Below, one piece after another: positions 16,661-26,470 of a DNA stretch of 64,000 nt (positions within the stretch are counted from its first letter, which is position 1; every line of letters begins with the position of its first letter). The stretch is from Dehalococcoidia bacterium (GTDB lineage: Bacteria > Chloroflexota > Dehalococcoidia > GIF9 > AB-539-J10). The DNA is taken from assembly GCA_049586675.1 (NCBI GenBank), contig JBAVCL010000007.1, positions 14,573 through 78,572 of the forward strand, read 5' to 3'. Under the pieces are notes generated by a model that saw only the letters and a program-made list of their open reading frames with translations, was not told where the DNA came from and did not search any database. The position numbers and the translations under genes are program-made.

Positions 16661-17668
16661 CTATTTCGTCACCAGTCCGACTGTTTTAATGAATGCGGCG
16701 ACGACAACTGGATCGAACTGAGTGCCAGCACAACGCTTAATTTCTTCTATAATTTCTGTGATGGGCATTGCTGACCGATATGGTCGGTCGGATATCATAG
16801 CATCATAGGCATCGGCTACGGCCAGGATTCTGGCTCCCAACGGTATGTCACTGCCCGCTATAACCTGATGAAGTCCGCTGCCGTCATAATGGTCGTGGTG
16901 ATGTTCAATCATCTGGATTGTTTTCTCATTAACCACCGGCCGCACAATGTCGGCACCGACATGAGCGTGAATCATAATGTGCTCATATTCTTCACGTGTC
17001 AGTTTGTCGGGCTTATTCTGGATAAGCTTGTCAATCGCAATCTTCCCGACGTCGTGGAGTAAACTTCCCCAGCGTAGGTCTTCCATATCCTGTGGTGATA
17101 GACCAAGTTCTTTGCCTAAAGCTAATGCTATCGTGGTTACCCGACGGGAATGTCCACCAGTGTACCTGTCCTTAGCTTCGAGGGCAGATACCAGTGCTTC
17201 GATGGCGCCCAGGAAAAGTTTTCTAATCTCTCCCGTCTGCACCTCAACCTTTTCCTCCAGGTATTGCTGATACTCCCTGATCTCGAACAGGAGACGCCTT
17301 TTCTCGAGAGCCTTTTGAATGGCCAGGGAAAGCTCCTCCAGGTTAAAAGGTTTGCAAATGTAGTCATCAGCCCCCTGTTTCAAGCACTGAATGGCAACAT
17401 TAATATCATTAACAGCCGTAGCCATAATAACCGCTGTGTCAGGGTAGCCTGACTTTATTTCCGGGAGGAGTTCGATTCCTGATTTACCGGGCATCTTTAT
17501 ATCCAGAATAACCAGAGCAATCGGACTGGTTTCCAGCGTGTTCAGGACTTGCTCAGCAGTATCCACTTCCTCACACTCGTAGCCTTCTCCTGATAATCTC
17601 TTGTGAAGGAGCCTCCTGATTGCAGCTTCATCATCGACGATAAGCAATGTTTCTCGCTGGCTAGGCAT
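16661..17668 (-). CDS. response regulator, receiver domain fused to an HD-GYP-type domain
   Basis: Receiver LVILDIKMPGKSG. HD domain motifs HDVGKI and HHHDHYDGSGLH...IPLGARILAVADAYDAMISDRPYR. GLH replaces the canonical GYP. Confidence 0.8.
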   Translation of the reverse strand: MPSQRETLLIVDDEAAIRRLLHKRLSGEGYECEEVDTAEQVLNTLETSPIALVILDIKMPGKSGIELLPEIKSGYPDTAVIMATAVNDINVAIQCLKQGADDYICKPFNLEELSLAIQKALEKRRLLFEIREYQQYLEEKVEVQTGEIRKLFLGAIEALVSALEAKDRYTGGHSRRVTTIALALGKELGLSPQDMEDLRWGSLLHDVGKIAIDKLIQNKPDKLTREEYEHIMIHAHVGADIVRPVVNEKTIQMIEHHHDHYDGSGLHQVIAGSDIPLGARILAVADAYDAMISDRPYRSAMPITEIIEEIKRCAGTQFDPVVVAAFIKTVGLVTK

Positions 17669-17746
17669 CCCCGCACTCCTCCTCTTTAGCCACTAAAATG
17701 TTTTTCTCGTTTGCGTTAGCCTGTTTCATGATATCCCCCAATATGG

Positions 17747-20700
17747 TCAGGGTCTGTTGATGGGCAGTTCGACAAAGAAGGTGGCTCCTTTACCCAGTTG
17801 GCTCCTAGCATATATCTGCCCGCCGTGCTCGGTCACTATCCCATGGCAGATGCTCAAACCCAGCCCGGTCCCTTTGCCCGCTTCCTTGGTGGTGAAGAAG
17901 GGGTCAAATATCCGCCTCAGATTTTCCGGTGGGATACCCGGGCCGTCATCAGTGACTGAAATCATCACAGTATCATTCCGTTTTTTGGTAGTGATGGTCA
18001 GGGTCCCCTTGTTATGCGTTTTAGTCATAAAATATTCGGCGTTGATAACGATGTTCATGAAAACCTGCTGTATCTGGAAATAGTCAACCATGATTTCGGG
18101 AAGGTCCAGGTCAAGCTGTCTCTCGACCTCAATAGCATTTACTTTGTGCTCATAAGCACGTAATTTCAGGACGTCCTCAATAATGCTATTTATCTGGTTA
18201 AGTTGCTTCGCAGGTGCGTGCTTTCGGGCAAATGTCAGGAGATTCTTCGTTACACTGGCGGCCCGCTGAGCCTCGCTGTTGATAAGCTTCAGGTCCTCAC
18301 GGATGTCATCAGGGACCTCCCTCTCCAGAAGCAACTGGGAGAAACCGATAATGCTCGTGAGCGGATTGTTAAGCTCGTGGGCGGTGCCGGATGCCAGTTC
18401 GCCAAGGGAAGCCAGCCGGTCAGTCATCATAAGCCGCTCTCTTTGCTGCTTTTGCTCAGTAATATCTGCAAAAGAAATTAAACCTGTTAATTTGCCTTTA
18501 TGGATAATCATCGCAGCCGTCGTATTTATCCATATCTCTCGGCCGTCTTTGGTCACCGCCTTAATCTCGAAAGGCTCGTGTGAGTTTTGCTCAAACACTC
18601 TCTTCTGTGTAATCTCAAGATATCTCTCTCTATCCTCTGGAAGAATGAAGCCAAACGGATCTAGTTCAAGGGCTTCCTCTACAGAATTAAATCCAAACAG
18701 TTTCACAGCCGCTTGATTAGCCATCGCTATTTTCATAGTTTCAGCGTCCAGAAGAACCGTGCCGATGACCGCGCTATCGAACAAAGCTCGATAATTTTCC
18801 TCGCTTTGGCGCAGTGCCTCTTCCGCCTGCTTGCGCTCGGTGATGTCTGTAAAAGAAAACAAACCCGCTAATTTGCCCTTCTGCATGATCCTGGCACCAG
18901 TCACACTTACCCATATTTTTCTACCATCTTTGGTCACCGCTGGAATATCGATGGACTTCCGCGAGTCCTTTCCAAACACCTCATTCACAACACGCTCAAG
19001 ATTTTTTTGCCTGTCCTCCGGAGGAATGAAGTCAAACGGATTTACTCCATCCTCTGGGGAACTAAATCCAAACATTTTCAGAGTGGCTTCATTAGCCATC
19101 ACTACTCTCATAGTTTCAGCGTCCACAACAAGCGCGCCGATAACCGAGCTATCGAACAAAGCTCGATAATTTTCCTTGCTTTGTTGCAGTTTATCCTCTG
19201 CCTGCTTGCGCTCGGTGATATCTGTAAAAGAAAGCAAACCCGCTAATTTGCCTTCATGCACAATCCTGACACCTGTCACACTTATCCATATTGTTCTACC
19301 ATCTTTGGTCACCGCCTGAAACTCGTGAGTCGTTCTCAAGTCCTCTGTCAACAGATCCTTCGCAATAAGCCCAGCTGCTTTCTCCCTGTCATCCGGACGA
19401 AGAAAGTCAAGCGGATTTACTCCAATGGTTTCCTCTACAGAACCAAATCCAAATGCTTTCGCAGCGGCTTGATTACTCATCACTATTTTCATAGTTTCAG
19501 CGTCCAGAACAAACGTGCCGATGACTGCGCTATCGAACAAAGCTCGATAATTTTCCTCGCTTTGGCGCAGTGCTTCTTCCGCCTGCTTGCGCTCGGTGAT
19601 GTCCATAATAGAAACTAAAGACGCGAATCTGCCCTGATGCATAATCCTGGCACTTGAAAAACTTTGCCATCCTTTACGGCCATTTTTGTCAATTACCTGC
19701 ACCTCAAAAGTCCGATGCGAGTCTTGGAAGAACTCATTTATGGCAATCTCAAGAACTTTCTCCCTGTCCTCTGGAACAACAAAGTCAAACGGATTTATTC
19801 CAATGCCTTCCTGTTCAGACTTAAGTCCAACCATTTCCCGAGAGGCTCGATTTCCCATCACTATTTTCATAGTTTCAGCGTCTAAAACATACATGCCGAT
19901 GACCGAGCTATCGAACAAAGTTTTGTAATTCTCCTCGCTTTGTCGCAGTGCCGCCTCTGCCTGCTTGCGCTCGGTGATGTCTGCAAAAGAAAGTAAACCC
20001 GCTAATCTGCCCCCATGCATAATTCTGGCACCCGTCATACTAATCCATATTTCTCTGCTATCTTTGGTAATTGCCCGAACATCGAAAGCCCGCCGCGAGT
20101 CCTGTTCAAACAGCTCCTTCTTAAGAAGCTCAAGATCTCTCTCCCTGTCCTCCGGAGGAATGAAGTCAAGCACATTTAATCCAGCGCCTTCCCCTTCGGC
20201 AACTCCAAATATTTTCTCAGCGGCTTGATTACCTATCACTACTTTCATAGTTTCAGCGTCCACAACAAGCGTGCCGATGACTGAGCTATCGAACAAAGCT
20301 CTATACCTTTCCCTGCTTTGTCGGAGTTTCTCCTCTGTCTCCTTACGCTCGGTGACGTCACGCCCAACGCTACGGAAGCCGATAATCTCGCCCTTGTTAT
20401 TTCGCAGAGGAGAGACCGATGTTTCGGCAAAGCCGTGGGTCCCGTCTTTGCGGGTGGTTTTCCAAGGGAATCCCTTGTTTGGCACACCGGTCTGGTACAC
20501 TTCATTAAAGGCTCGAAATACGGATTCGATATCATCTTCAGCTGTAAAGCCTTTATAGCTCATTCCCATCAGCTCTTCCCTCGAGTATCCCAGATCGCGG
20601 CACACCGAATTATTGACAAAAGTGAGGTGTCCACCGAGGTCAACCTCGGAATAGGCATCTTCCATATTCTCCAGTATAGTTCGGTATTTCTCCTCCGATT

Positions 20701-22975
20701 GCCTCAGCGCTTCCTCTGTCTGCTTACGCTCGGTGACGTCACGCCCAACGCCACGGAATCCGATAATTTCACCTTTGTCATTTCGCCGAGGAGAGATTGA
20801 TGTTTCGATAAACCTCTGGCTCCCGTCTTTGCGGATGATCTTCCCAGGGAAGCCCTTGTTTGGCACACCGGTCCGGTACACTTCATTATAGAATCGAAAT
20901 ACGGATTCGATATCATCTTCAGCCGTATGGTCTTTATAGCTCCTTCCAATCAGTTCTTCTTTCGAGTATCCAAGGTCGCGGCACGCCGAATTGTTGACAA
21001 AGGTAAAGTGTCCGCCGAGGTCAGACTCGAAATAGGACTCCTCCATCTCCTCCAGTATAGTCCGGTATCTCTCTTCAGACTTCCTCAGTGCTTCCTCTGC
21101 CTGCTTGCGCTCGGTGATGTCACGCCCAACGCCACGGAATCCGATAATCTCGCCTTTGTCGCTTCTTATTGGGAAAACCGAGGTTTCGGCAAGTACGTGC
21201 CCCCCGTCTTTGCAAATAGTCTCAGTGAGGAGGTCGCGCAATGGCTCACCGGTCTTATACACGCGACTGTAGGCTTCGAAAAGAGCTTTCGCCTCCTCTT
21301 TAGGTCTAAGGGCTCTATAATTCATCCCCATTATCTCTTCCTTGGAATAGCCTAAGATACGAATCAGTGCATCATTAACAAAAGTGACATTGCCGGCGAG
21401 GTCAACTTCGAAGTAGCTATCACCCATCTCCTCAAGAATAGTCCGGTATTTCTGTTCAGACTCTTTTAGTTTTTCCTCTGCCTGCTTGCGCCGATTGATG
21501 TTTGTAATTGAAACCAGACCCGCTAATCTGCCCTCATGCATAATCCTGGCACCCGTCGCACTTATCCATCCTTTTCTACCATCTTTGGTCACCACCTGAA
21601 ACTCGTGAGTCTGCCGCAAATCCTGTTCAAACATATCCTTCATAATAATATTGATATCTCTATCTTTTTCCTCTGGAACAATGAAGTCAACCGGATTTAT
21701 TCCAATGGCTTCCTCTACAGAACTAAATCCAAACATTTTCGCAGCGGCTTGATTACACATCACTATTTTCACAGTTTCAGCATCCAGAACAAACATGCCG
21801 ATGACCGAGCTATCGAACAAAGCTTTATACTTTTCCTCGCTTTGTCGCAGTGCCTTCTCCAATTTTCTGCGCTCGGTGATATCCCGTGCAATCACCTGGA
21901 CAGCTTCTTTTTGGTCTGGGGTTTTCGTGGGGACAAGTATGTGATGGAAGTATCTTCCCGCTCTTTCATCCTCGAAAATTTGGGGCTGCCCCTCGTCCAA
22001 AACCTTTCTTATATTTTCCAATCGGGGCTGTGCAATCTCTTGCGGCATCACTTCGAACACTGTCTTGCCAACCAGTTCTTCTAAGGGAACTCCCAGGCTT
22101 CTTGCCGTCGCAGGATTCGCAGCAAGATATCTTCCCTCTCTATCTAACTGGGTGATGTAATCCGGAGAAGTTTCGAATAGCAGGCGGTATTTCTGTTCAG
22201 ACTCTTTTAGCTTTTCCTCTGCTAGCTTGCGTTCGGTGATGTCCTTGACAAAAACCGAGATGCTACCTCGAGAGGGATAAGCGTTGATCTCAAAGATGTG
22301 GTGCCTACCGCCGATATCAAAATCGTTCACAAAAGTCTGGGGCTGCCGCGTCTTCAGCACATTACGATACACCTTTTCCGCGTCTCTCGTCCCAGGCGTG
22401 TTCGGGAAAATTTCCCGGAGGGATTTCCCAATCGCATCCTCCGCCCGAATTCCTGTCAGAACTTCCGATGCCTTGTTCCAATAGGTATATCTCAGATGCT
22501 CATCTATTGCGAAAAAGACGTCGGTGATGCTGTTGGCAAGCTCCCTGTACTTCTCTTCGCTCTCTTTTAGTGTTTCCTCCAGTTGCTTGCGCTCGGTGAC
22601 TTCCATATAACTTCCTAGGATCGCCCGTCTCCCACGGTACTGGATGGATTTAACTGCCGCCATAATCCAAACAATGCTACCGTCTTTATTAATCACTCTG
22701 AATTGGTATGGGGATGTGAATTTTCCCTTCAGCATCTTTATGGTATTTTCCCTGACCATCTCCCTATCTTCGGGAACGACAATCTCCAAAGAATCCCTGC
22801 CTATTAATTCATCTGCAGTGTAGCCGGTGGCGACTGGGAAATTGGAGTTGAAGCTGCAAATTTTTCCATCCTGCATGAGACAAACTCCCACTGGTGCTTC
22901 ATCGCTCATAATCTTGAGCAACTCTTCTTCATCTATTGGCTTGACCGTGGATTTTGTTAATTTCATTAATTTCAT
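17747..22975 (-). CDS. soluble multi-PAS sensor histidine kinase (12 PAS domains + DHp + HATPase_c)
   Basis: 1742 aa. Twelve ITERKQ-type PAS junctions. H-box SGTAHELNNPLTSI, with DDGPGI and GKGTGLGLS boxes. No hydrophobic segment. Confidence 0.85.
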   Translation of the reverse strand: MKLMKLTKSTVKPIDEEELLKIMSDEAPVGVCLMQDGKICSFNSNFPVATGYTADELIGRDSLEIVVPEDREMVRENTIKMLKGKFTSPYQFRVINKDGSIVWIMAAVKSIQYRGRRAILGSYMEVTERKQLEETLKESEEKYRELANSITDVFFAIDEHLRYTYWNKASEVLTGIRAEDAIGKSLREIFPNTPGTRDAEKVYRNVLKTRQPQTFVNDFDIGGRHHIFEINAYPSRGSISVFVKDITERKLAEEKLKESEQKYRLLFETSPDYITQLDREGRYLAANPATARSLGVPLEELVGKTVFEVMPQEIAQPRLENIRKVLDEGQPQIFEDERAGRYFHHILVPTKTPDQKEAVQVIARDITERRKLEKALRQSEEKYKALFDSSVIGMFVLDAETVKIVMCNQAAAKMFGFSSVEEAIGINPVDFIVPEEKDRDINIIMKDMFEQDLRQTHEFQVVTKDGRKGWISATGARIMHEGRLAGLVSITNINRRKQAEEKLKESEQKYRTILEEMGDSYFEVDLAGNVTFVNDALIRILGYSKEEIMGMNYRALRPKEEAKALFEAYSRVYKTGEPLRDLLTETICKDGGHVLAETSVFPIRSDKGEIIGFRGVGRDITERKQAEEALRKSEERYRTILEEMEESYFESDLGGHFTFVNNSACRDLGYSKEELIGRSYKDHTAEDDIESVFRFYNEVYRTGVPNKGFPGKIIRKDGSQRFIETSISPRRNDKGEIIGFRGVGRDVTERKQTEEALRQSEEKYRTILENMEDAYSEVDLGGHLTFVNNSVCRDLGYSREELMGMSYKGFTAEDDIESVFRAFNEVYQTGVPNKGFPWKTTRKDGTHGFAETSVSPLRNNKGEIIGFRSVGRDVTERKETEEKLRQSRERYRALFDSSVIGTLVVDAETMKVVIGNQAAEKIFGVAEGEGAGLNVLDFIPPEDRERDLELLKKELFEQDSRRAFDVRAITKDSREIWISMTGARIMHGGRLAGLLSFADITERKQAEAALRQSEENYKTLFDSSVIGMYVLDAETMKIVMGNRASREMVGLKSEQEGIGINPFDFVVPEDREKVLEIAINEFFQDSHRTFEVQVIDKNGRKGWQSFSSARIMHQGRFASLVSIMDITERKQAEEALRQSEENYRALFDSAVIGTFVLDAETMKIVMSNQAAAKAFGFGSVEETIGVNPLDFLRPDDREKAAGLIAKDLLTEDLRTTHEFQAVTKDGRTIWISVTGVRIVHEGKLAGLLSFTDITERKQAEDKLQQSKENYRALFDSSVIGALVVDAETMRVVMANEATLKMFGFSSPEDGVNPFDFIPPEDRQKNLERVVNEVFGKDSRKSIDIPAVTKDGRKIWVSVTGARIMQKGKLAGLFSFTDITERKQAEEALRQSEENYRALFDSAVIGTVLLDAETMKIAMANQAAVKLFGFNSVEEALELDPFGFILPEDRERYLEITQKRVFEQNSHEPFEIKAVTKDGREIWINTTAAMIIHKGKLTGLISFADITEQKQQRERLMMTDRLASLGELASGTAHELNNPLTSIIGFSQLLLEREVPDDIREDLKLINSEAQRAASVTKNLLTFARKHAPAKQLNQINSIIEDVLKLRAYEHKVNAIEVERQLDLDLPEIMVDYFQIQQVFMNIVINAEYFMTKTHNKGTLTITTKKRNDTVMISVTDDGPGIPPENLRRIFDPFFTTKEAGKGTGLGLSICHGIVTEHGGQIYARSQLGKGATFFVELPINRP
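18470..22610. repeat. tandem array of PAS-coding units about 375-384 bp long inside the kinase gene
   Basis: The linker 20-mer gcctgcttgcgctcggtgat(g/a)t and variants recur at about 18825, 19200, 19581, 19959, 20338, 20717, 21099, 21480, 21862, 22222 and 22585. Neighbouring units such as 20340-20720 and 20720-21100 are roughly 80-85 percent identical by eye. Confidence 0.75.
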
Positions 22976-22987
22976 CTGCCTACCTCC

Positions 22988-23206
22988 TTAGCCGCTCCGG
23001 CTTATCGCGGTAACGTGGTTGGTCTTCGTTCTAATGGTCTCTACTTGGGCTGTGGTAAATAGTCTCCAACCACGCCAGTCCCGATATTCGACGTCGGAAA
23101 TTATTCCTTCTTTCAACCACCGGAAAAGGGTATTTCTACTGATGCCGACCATCCGACAAACCTCGGCTGTCCTGTAATAGGTCTGGTCATTAATAATAAT
23201 AGGCAT
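22988..23206 (-). CDS. small MerR/excisionase-family helix-turn-helix protein
   Basis: 72 aa. HTH segment YRTAEVCRMVGISRNTLFRWLKEG followed by RDWRGWRLFTTAQVETIR. Ends 12 nt upstream of the kinase gene. Confidence 0.7.
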   Translation of the reverse strand: MPIIINDQTYYRTAEVCRMVGISRNTLFRWLKEGIISDVEYRDWRGWRLFTTAQVETIRTKTNHVTAISRSG

Positions 23207-23231
23207 GTGTTCTTTCCCTGAAACTACTTAG

Positions 23232-23247
23232 CTATACCATGGTATAG
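23232..23247. promoter_or_regulatory. perfect 16-bp palindrome, candidate operator
   Basis: ctataccatggtatag lies 25 nt upstream of the HTH gene ATG (23206) and overlaps an AT-rich -10-like stretch. Confidence 0.35.
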
Positions 23248-23908
23248 TATGACTGATACTTTAGTAAGTTTCAATCACCCATTCGTATCAGTTGCTCTAT
23301 TACTTTAGTACTAGCTTGTTCAGCGATTCCTGTCAGCCGGATACCTGATGCAAAGCGCTTGCACTCCGACTGGCTACTGGTGGAATGGGGTCGCCACATT
23401 TATCATTTTCCGGCTATGGCAGGACGTGAGATGAGATGGTCGATTTCCTCAACCACAAGAACAGAGGAGTAGGTAACAGGTAAGTTTTTCCAAGATTTCC
23501 CCTCTTAAAATAAGAGGGGAAAGGGGAGTTATGAATAAATACCTTAATAACGATCCAGCTACAAAATCAAAGCGACCCTGTCTTAGGAAGAATGCAATCG
23601 ATGCTGAGTAAGCAACAACATGATGCACATGGAAATAACCCCCTTCGTCCCCCTTATCTTCAGGGGGACATTAAAGAAGAGAGCACTTATATTAAGGGGT
23701 GATATTAAAAGAGAGAATCCTCACCTCAAAGGGGTGTTGAAGGGGAGAGGCCCTAACTTTTTGAGAGGGAGCTTGTAGGAAAAACTGAACTATTATGATT
23801 TTGGAAAAGCTAAACTGTTACAGACTGTAAGCTAGAGATTTTGGAAAATCCAAACTGCAACAGGGGTAGCCTCAAGTGAAGCCAACTCCTGGTGAATGAC
23901 CGCCCCGA

Positions 23909-25900
23909 TTAACGTTTCATTAGGGGCGAAACTAGTTCCTCGTCTTTTCTTAATTCGATAATGCGGTCGCGAATCATAGCAGCTCTTTCAAATTCCAGAT
24001 TCTTAGCCGCTGCTTTCATCTGGGATTCCAGTTGCTTGATAAGTTGAGCCATTTCCTCCTTAGAAATAGGAGTAACCGTATAGGGAACCCTTGTCTCAGC
24101 TACCGCTTGAACTCTCTCAGTTATATCCTTAATTGCCTTTTTGATTCCCTGGGGAGTTATGCCGTGCTCCTTGTTGTAAGCTTCTTGAACCTGGCGGCGG
24201 CGGCTGGTTTCCTCTATTGTCTTCTTCATGGATTGAGTGATGGTATCAGCGTACATTATGACGTGGGCATTTATGTGTCTGGCAGCACGCCCCATGGTCT
24301 GAATGAGCGCTTCCTCAGACCTGAGGTAGCCTTCCTTATCAGCATCGAGTATGGCGACCAGGCTCACCTCAGGCAAGTCCAATCCCTCACGAAGGAGATT
24401 GATGCCCACGACCACATCGTAGACGCCAAGGCGGAGGTCACGGAGAATCTCCACCCGCTCTAAAGTCTCTACCTCCGAATGCAAGTAATGAGTCTTAATC
24501 TCCATTTCCCTCAAGTAGTCGCTTAATTCTTCTGCCATTCGCTTGGTCAAGGTCGTCACCAAACAGCGCTCCCCCTTAGCAACTCTGTCTTTTATCTGAT
24601 AAATAAGGTCATCAATTTGCCCCTTAACTGGCTTAACCTCCACGGTAGGCTCCAGTAAACCAGTGGGGCGGACTAATTGTTCCACTACTTGTTGGCTATG
24701 TTCATATTCATACGGCTTGGGTGTGGCAGAGACGTAAATCACCTGGTTGATGTGCTTGTTAAACTCCTCAAAATGCAGTGGGCGGTTATCCAAGGCTGAA
24801 GGGAGGCGAAAGCCGTAATCAACCAGTGTCTGCTTTCGAGAAATATCGCCGTGGTACATGCCCCTTATCTGCGGCAGGGTCATATGCGATTCATCGATGA
24901 ACAACAGGAAGTCGTCGGGAAAATAATCCAGCAAAGTCCAGGGTGTGCTACCCGGTGCCCGCCGCTGGAGATGGCGGGAGTAATTTTCCACGCCGGTGCA
25001 GTACCCCACTTCTTGGAGCATTTCAATATCGTAATTGGTCCGCGACTCAAGCCTCTGGGCTTCCAATAGTTTTCCCCGGCTTCTTAACTCCTTTAACCTT
25101 TCTTCCAGTTCAACTTTGATATCCTCGATGGCCGCCAGCAACTTTTCTTGTGAGGTAACAAAGTGCTTTGCGGGGTAAATATCCACTTGTTCGCGCTGAG
25201 CCAGCACTTCACCAGTTAGAGGGTCAACTTCCACAATACGTTCAATCTTGTCTCCCCAGAATTCGATTCTCAGGGCTGTTTCCTGATATGCTGGCTGAAT
25301 CTCTAGAGTGTCGCCTCGAATACGGAATTTACCTCTGTTGAAATCATAGTCGTTTCTTTCATATTGCATATCCACCAGATGGCGGATCAGTTTGTCTCGC
25401 TTATAGTGTTTGCTTCTTTCAATAGTAAGGGCAAAGCCATGATATTCCTCAGGTGCGCCTAAACTATAAATACAAGAGACCGAAGCAACAATAACTACAT
25501 CTCGGCGGGTGAAGAGGGACATGGTAGCGGCATGCCGTAGTTTGTCAATCTCCTCATTAATATCGGTTTCCTTCTCAATATAGAGGTCGGTGCTGGGGAT
25601 ATAAGCCTCCGGCTGATAATAGTCATAGTAGCTGACAAAATACTCCACAGCATTTTCGGGAAAGAATTCCTTGAACTCGGTTGCTAGCTGAGCGGCCAAA
25701 GTCTTATTGTGACAAATAACCAGGGTTGGCCTCTGTATCCTCTCGATGACGTTAGCCATGGTGAACGTCTTGCCGCTGCCGGTGACTCCCAGCAGTGTCT
25801 GTTCTTGGTAAACTTTGTTCAAACCCTCGACCAGTTTGTCTACGGCCTGAGGCTGGTCGCCGGTAAGACGAAAATCGGAAACTATTTTAAACTGGGGCAT
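23909..25900 (-). CDS. uvrB: excinuclease ABC subunit B
   Basis: [20 protein letters not shown], Walker [10 protein letters not shown], and a C-terminal UVR domain ([12 protein letters not shown]). Start set at the ATG (M4 of the track ORF). Confidence 0.93.
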   Translation of the reverse strand: MPQFKIVSDFRLTGDQPQAVDKLVEGLNKVYQEQTLLGVTGSGKTFTMANVIERIQRPTLVICHNKTLAAQLATEFKEFFPENAVEYFVSYYDYYQPEAYIPSTDLYIEKETDINEEIDKLRHAATMSLFTRRDVVIVASVSCIYSLGAPEEYHGFALTIERSKHYKRDKLIRHLVDMQYERNDYDFNRGKFRIRGDTLEIQPAYQETALRIEFWGDKIERIVEVDPLTGEVLAQREQVDIYPAKHFVTSQEKLLAAIEDIKVELEERLKELRSRGKLLEAQRLESRTNYDIEMLQEVGYCTGVENYSRHLQRRAPGSTPWTLLDYFPDDFLLFIDESHMTLPQIRGMYHGDISRKQTLVDYGFRLPSALDNRPLHFEEFNKHINQVIYVSATPKPYEYEHSQQVVEQLVRPTGLLEPTVEVKPVKGQIDDLIYQIKDRVAKGERCLVTTLTKRMAEELSDYLREMEIKTHYLHSEVETLERVEILRDLRLGVYDVVVGINLLREGLDLPEVSLVAILDADKEGYLRSEEALIQTMGRAARHINAHVIMYADTITQSMKKTIEETSRRRQVQEAYNKEHGITPQGIKKAIKDITERVQAVAETRVPYTVTPISKEEMAQLIKQLESQMKAAAKNLEFERAAMIRDRIIELRKDEELVSPLMKR

Positions 25901-26034
25901 CGAGTTCACTCACCACCATAAAGAAACAACAACTCTTAATATATAAGAAACAACGAAATTTTGCATAATCAGGTGAAGGAGCAGTACCATCTGCCGGTGC
26001 CGTGTCAAATAAAAAGTTGTTTAGCAACTTCGCT

Positions 26035-26107
26035 GTCATTCTGAGCGAGGCGAAGAATCTGCGAGATTCTTCGTCACCCCGCTTTACTGGGACTCCTCAG
26101 AATAACA
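26035..26107. repeat. GTCATTCTGAGCGAGGCGAAGAATC-type palindromic repeat (variant subfamily)
   Basis: gtcattctgagcgaggcgaagaatctgcgagattcttcgtcac...ctcctcagaataaca contains a 9-bp hairpin cgaagaatc/gattcttcg. A related copy lies at 61049-61144. Confidence 0.45.
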
Positions 26108-26199
26108 TTAATAAACAGTGTCAAATCAAGGTCTTGTTTGAGATGTCAAGCTATGTTAAAATTTGGTATCTACGACATAAAAGAAAGGAAATTGATGAC

Positions 26200-26442
26200 A
26201 TGAAGTCCTATGAGGAACTCTCTAGAGAGCAAGGGAAGAGGGAAAGTAGTTTCTTGTCCGACTTGGGAGAAGCGTCTGATTTTGAGGCTGATTTGGGTCA
26301 GAGGCGGGACGAAATTTTGTTCAAGATAACTACCGAGATGGAGGATACTAAAAATGCCTTAAATCAGGTTGAGAAACTTGCTCAGAGACTTAGAAAATAT
26401 TTGGACCGGTTAGAAAAGATATATCAAACTCTCTCTAAATAG
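26200..26442 (+). CDS. hypothetical 80-aa acidic coiled-coil protein
   Basis: ATG at 26200 behind AAAGAAAGGAA. The track ORF N-terminus (26002-26199) is a translation of the repeat element. Confidence 0.4.
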   Translation: MKSYEELSREQGKRESSFLSDLGEASDFEADLGQRRDEILFKITTEMEDTKNALNQVEKLAQRLRKYLDRLEKIYQTLSK

Positions 26443-26470
26443 AGTCAGGCCGAAATTAGAATACAGACCA

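Noticed and set aside
17757-22570. A dozen plus-strand ORFs of 64-182 aa antisense to the PAS kinase gene, several similar to each other.
   Set aside because: The long, repeated open antisense frames come from the tandem PAS-coding repeats. The minus-strand frame encodes an uninterrupted kinase with all the expected motifs.
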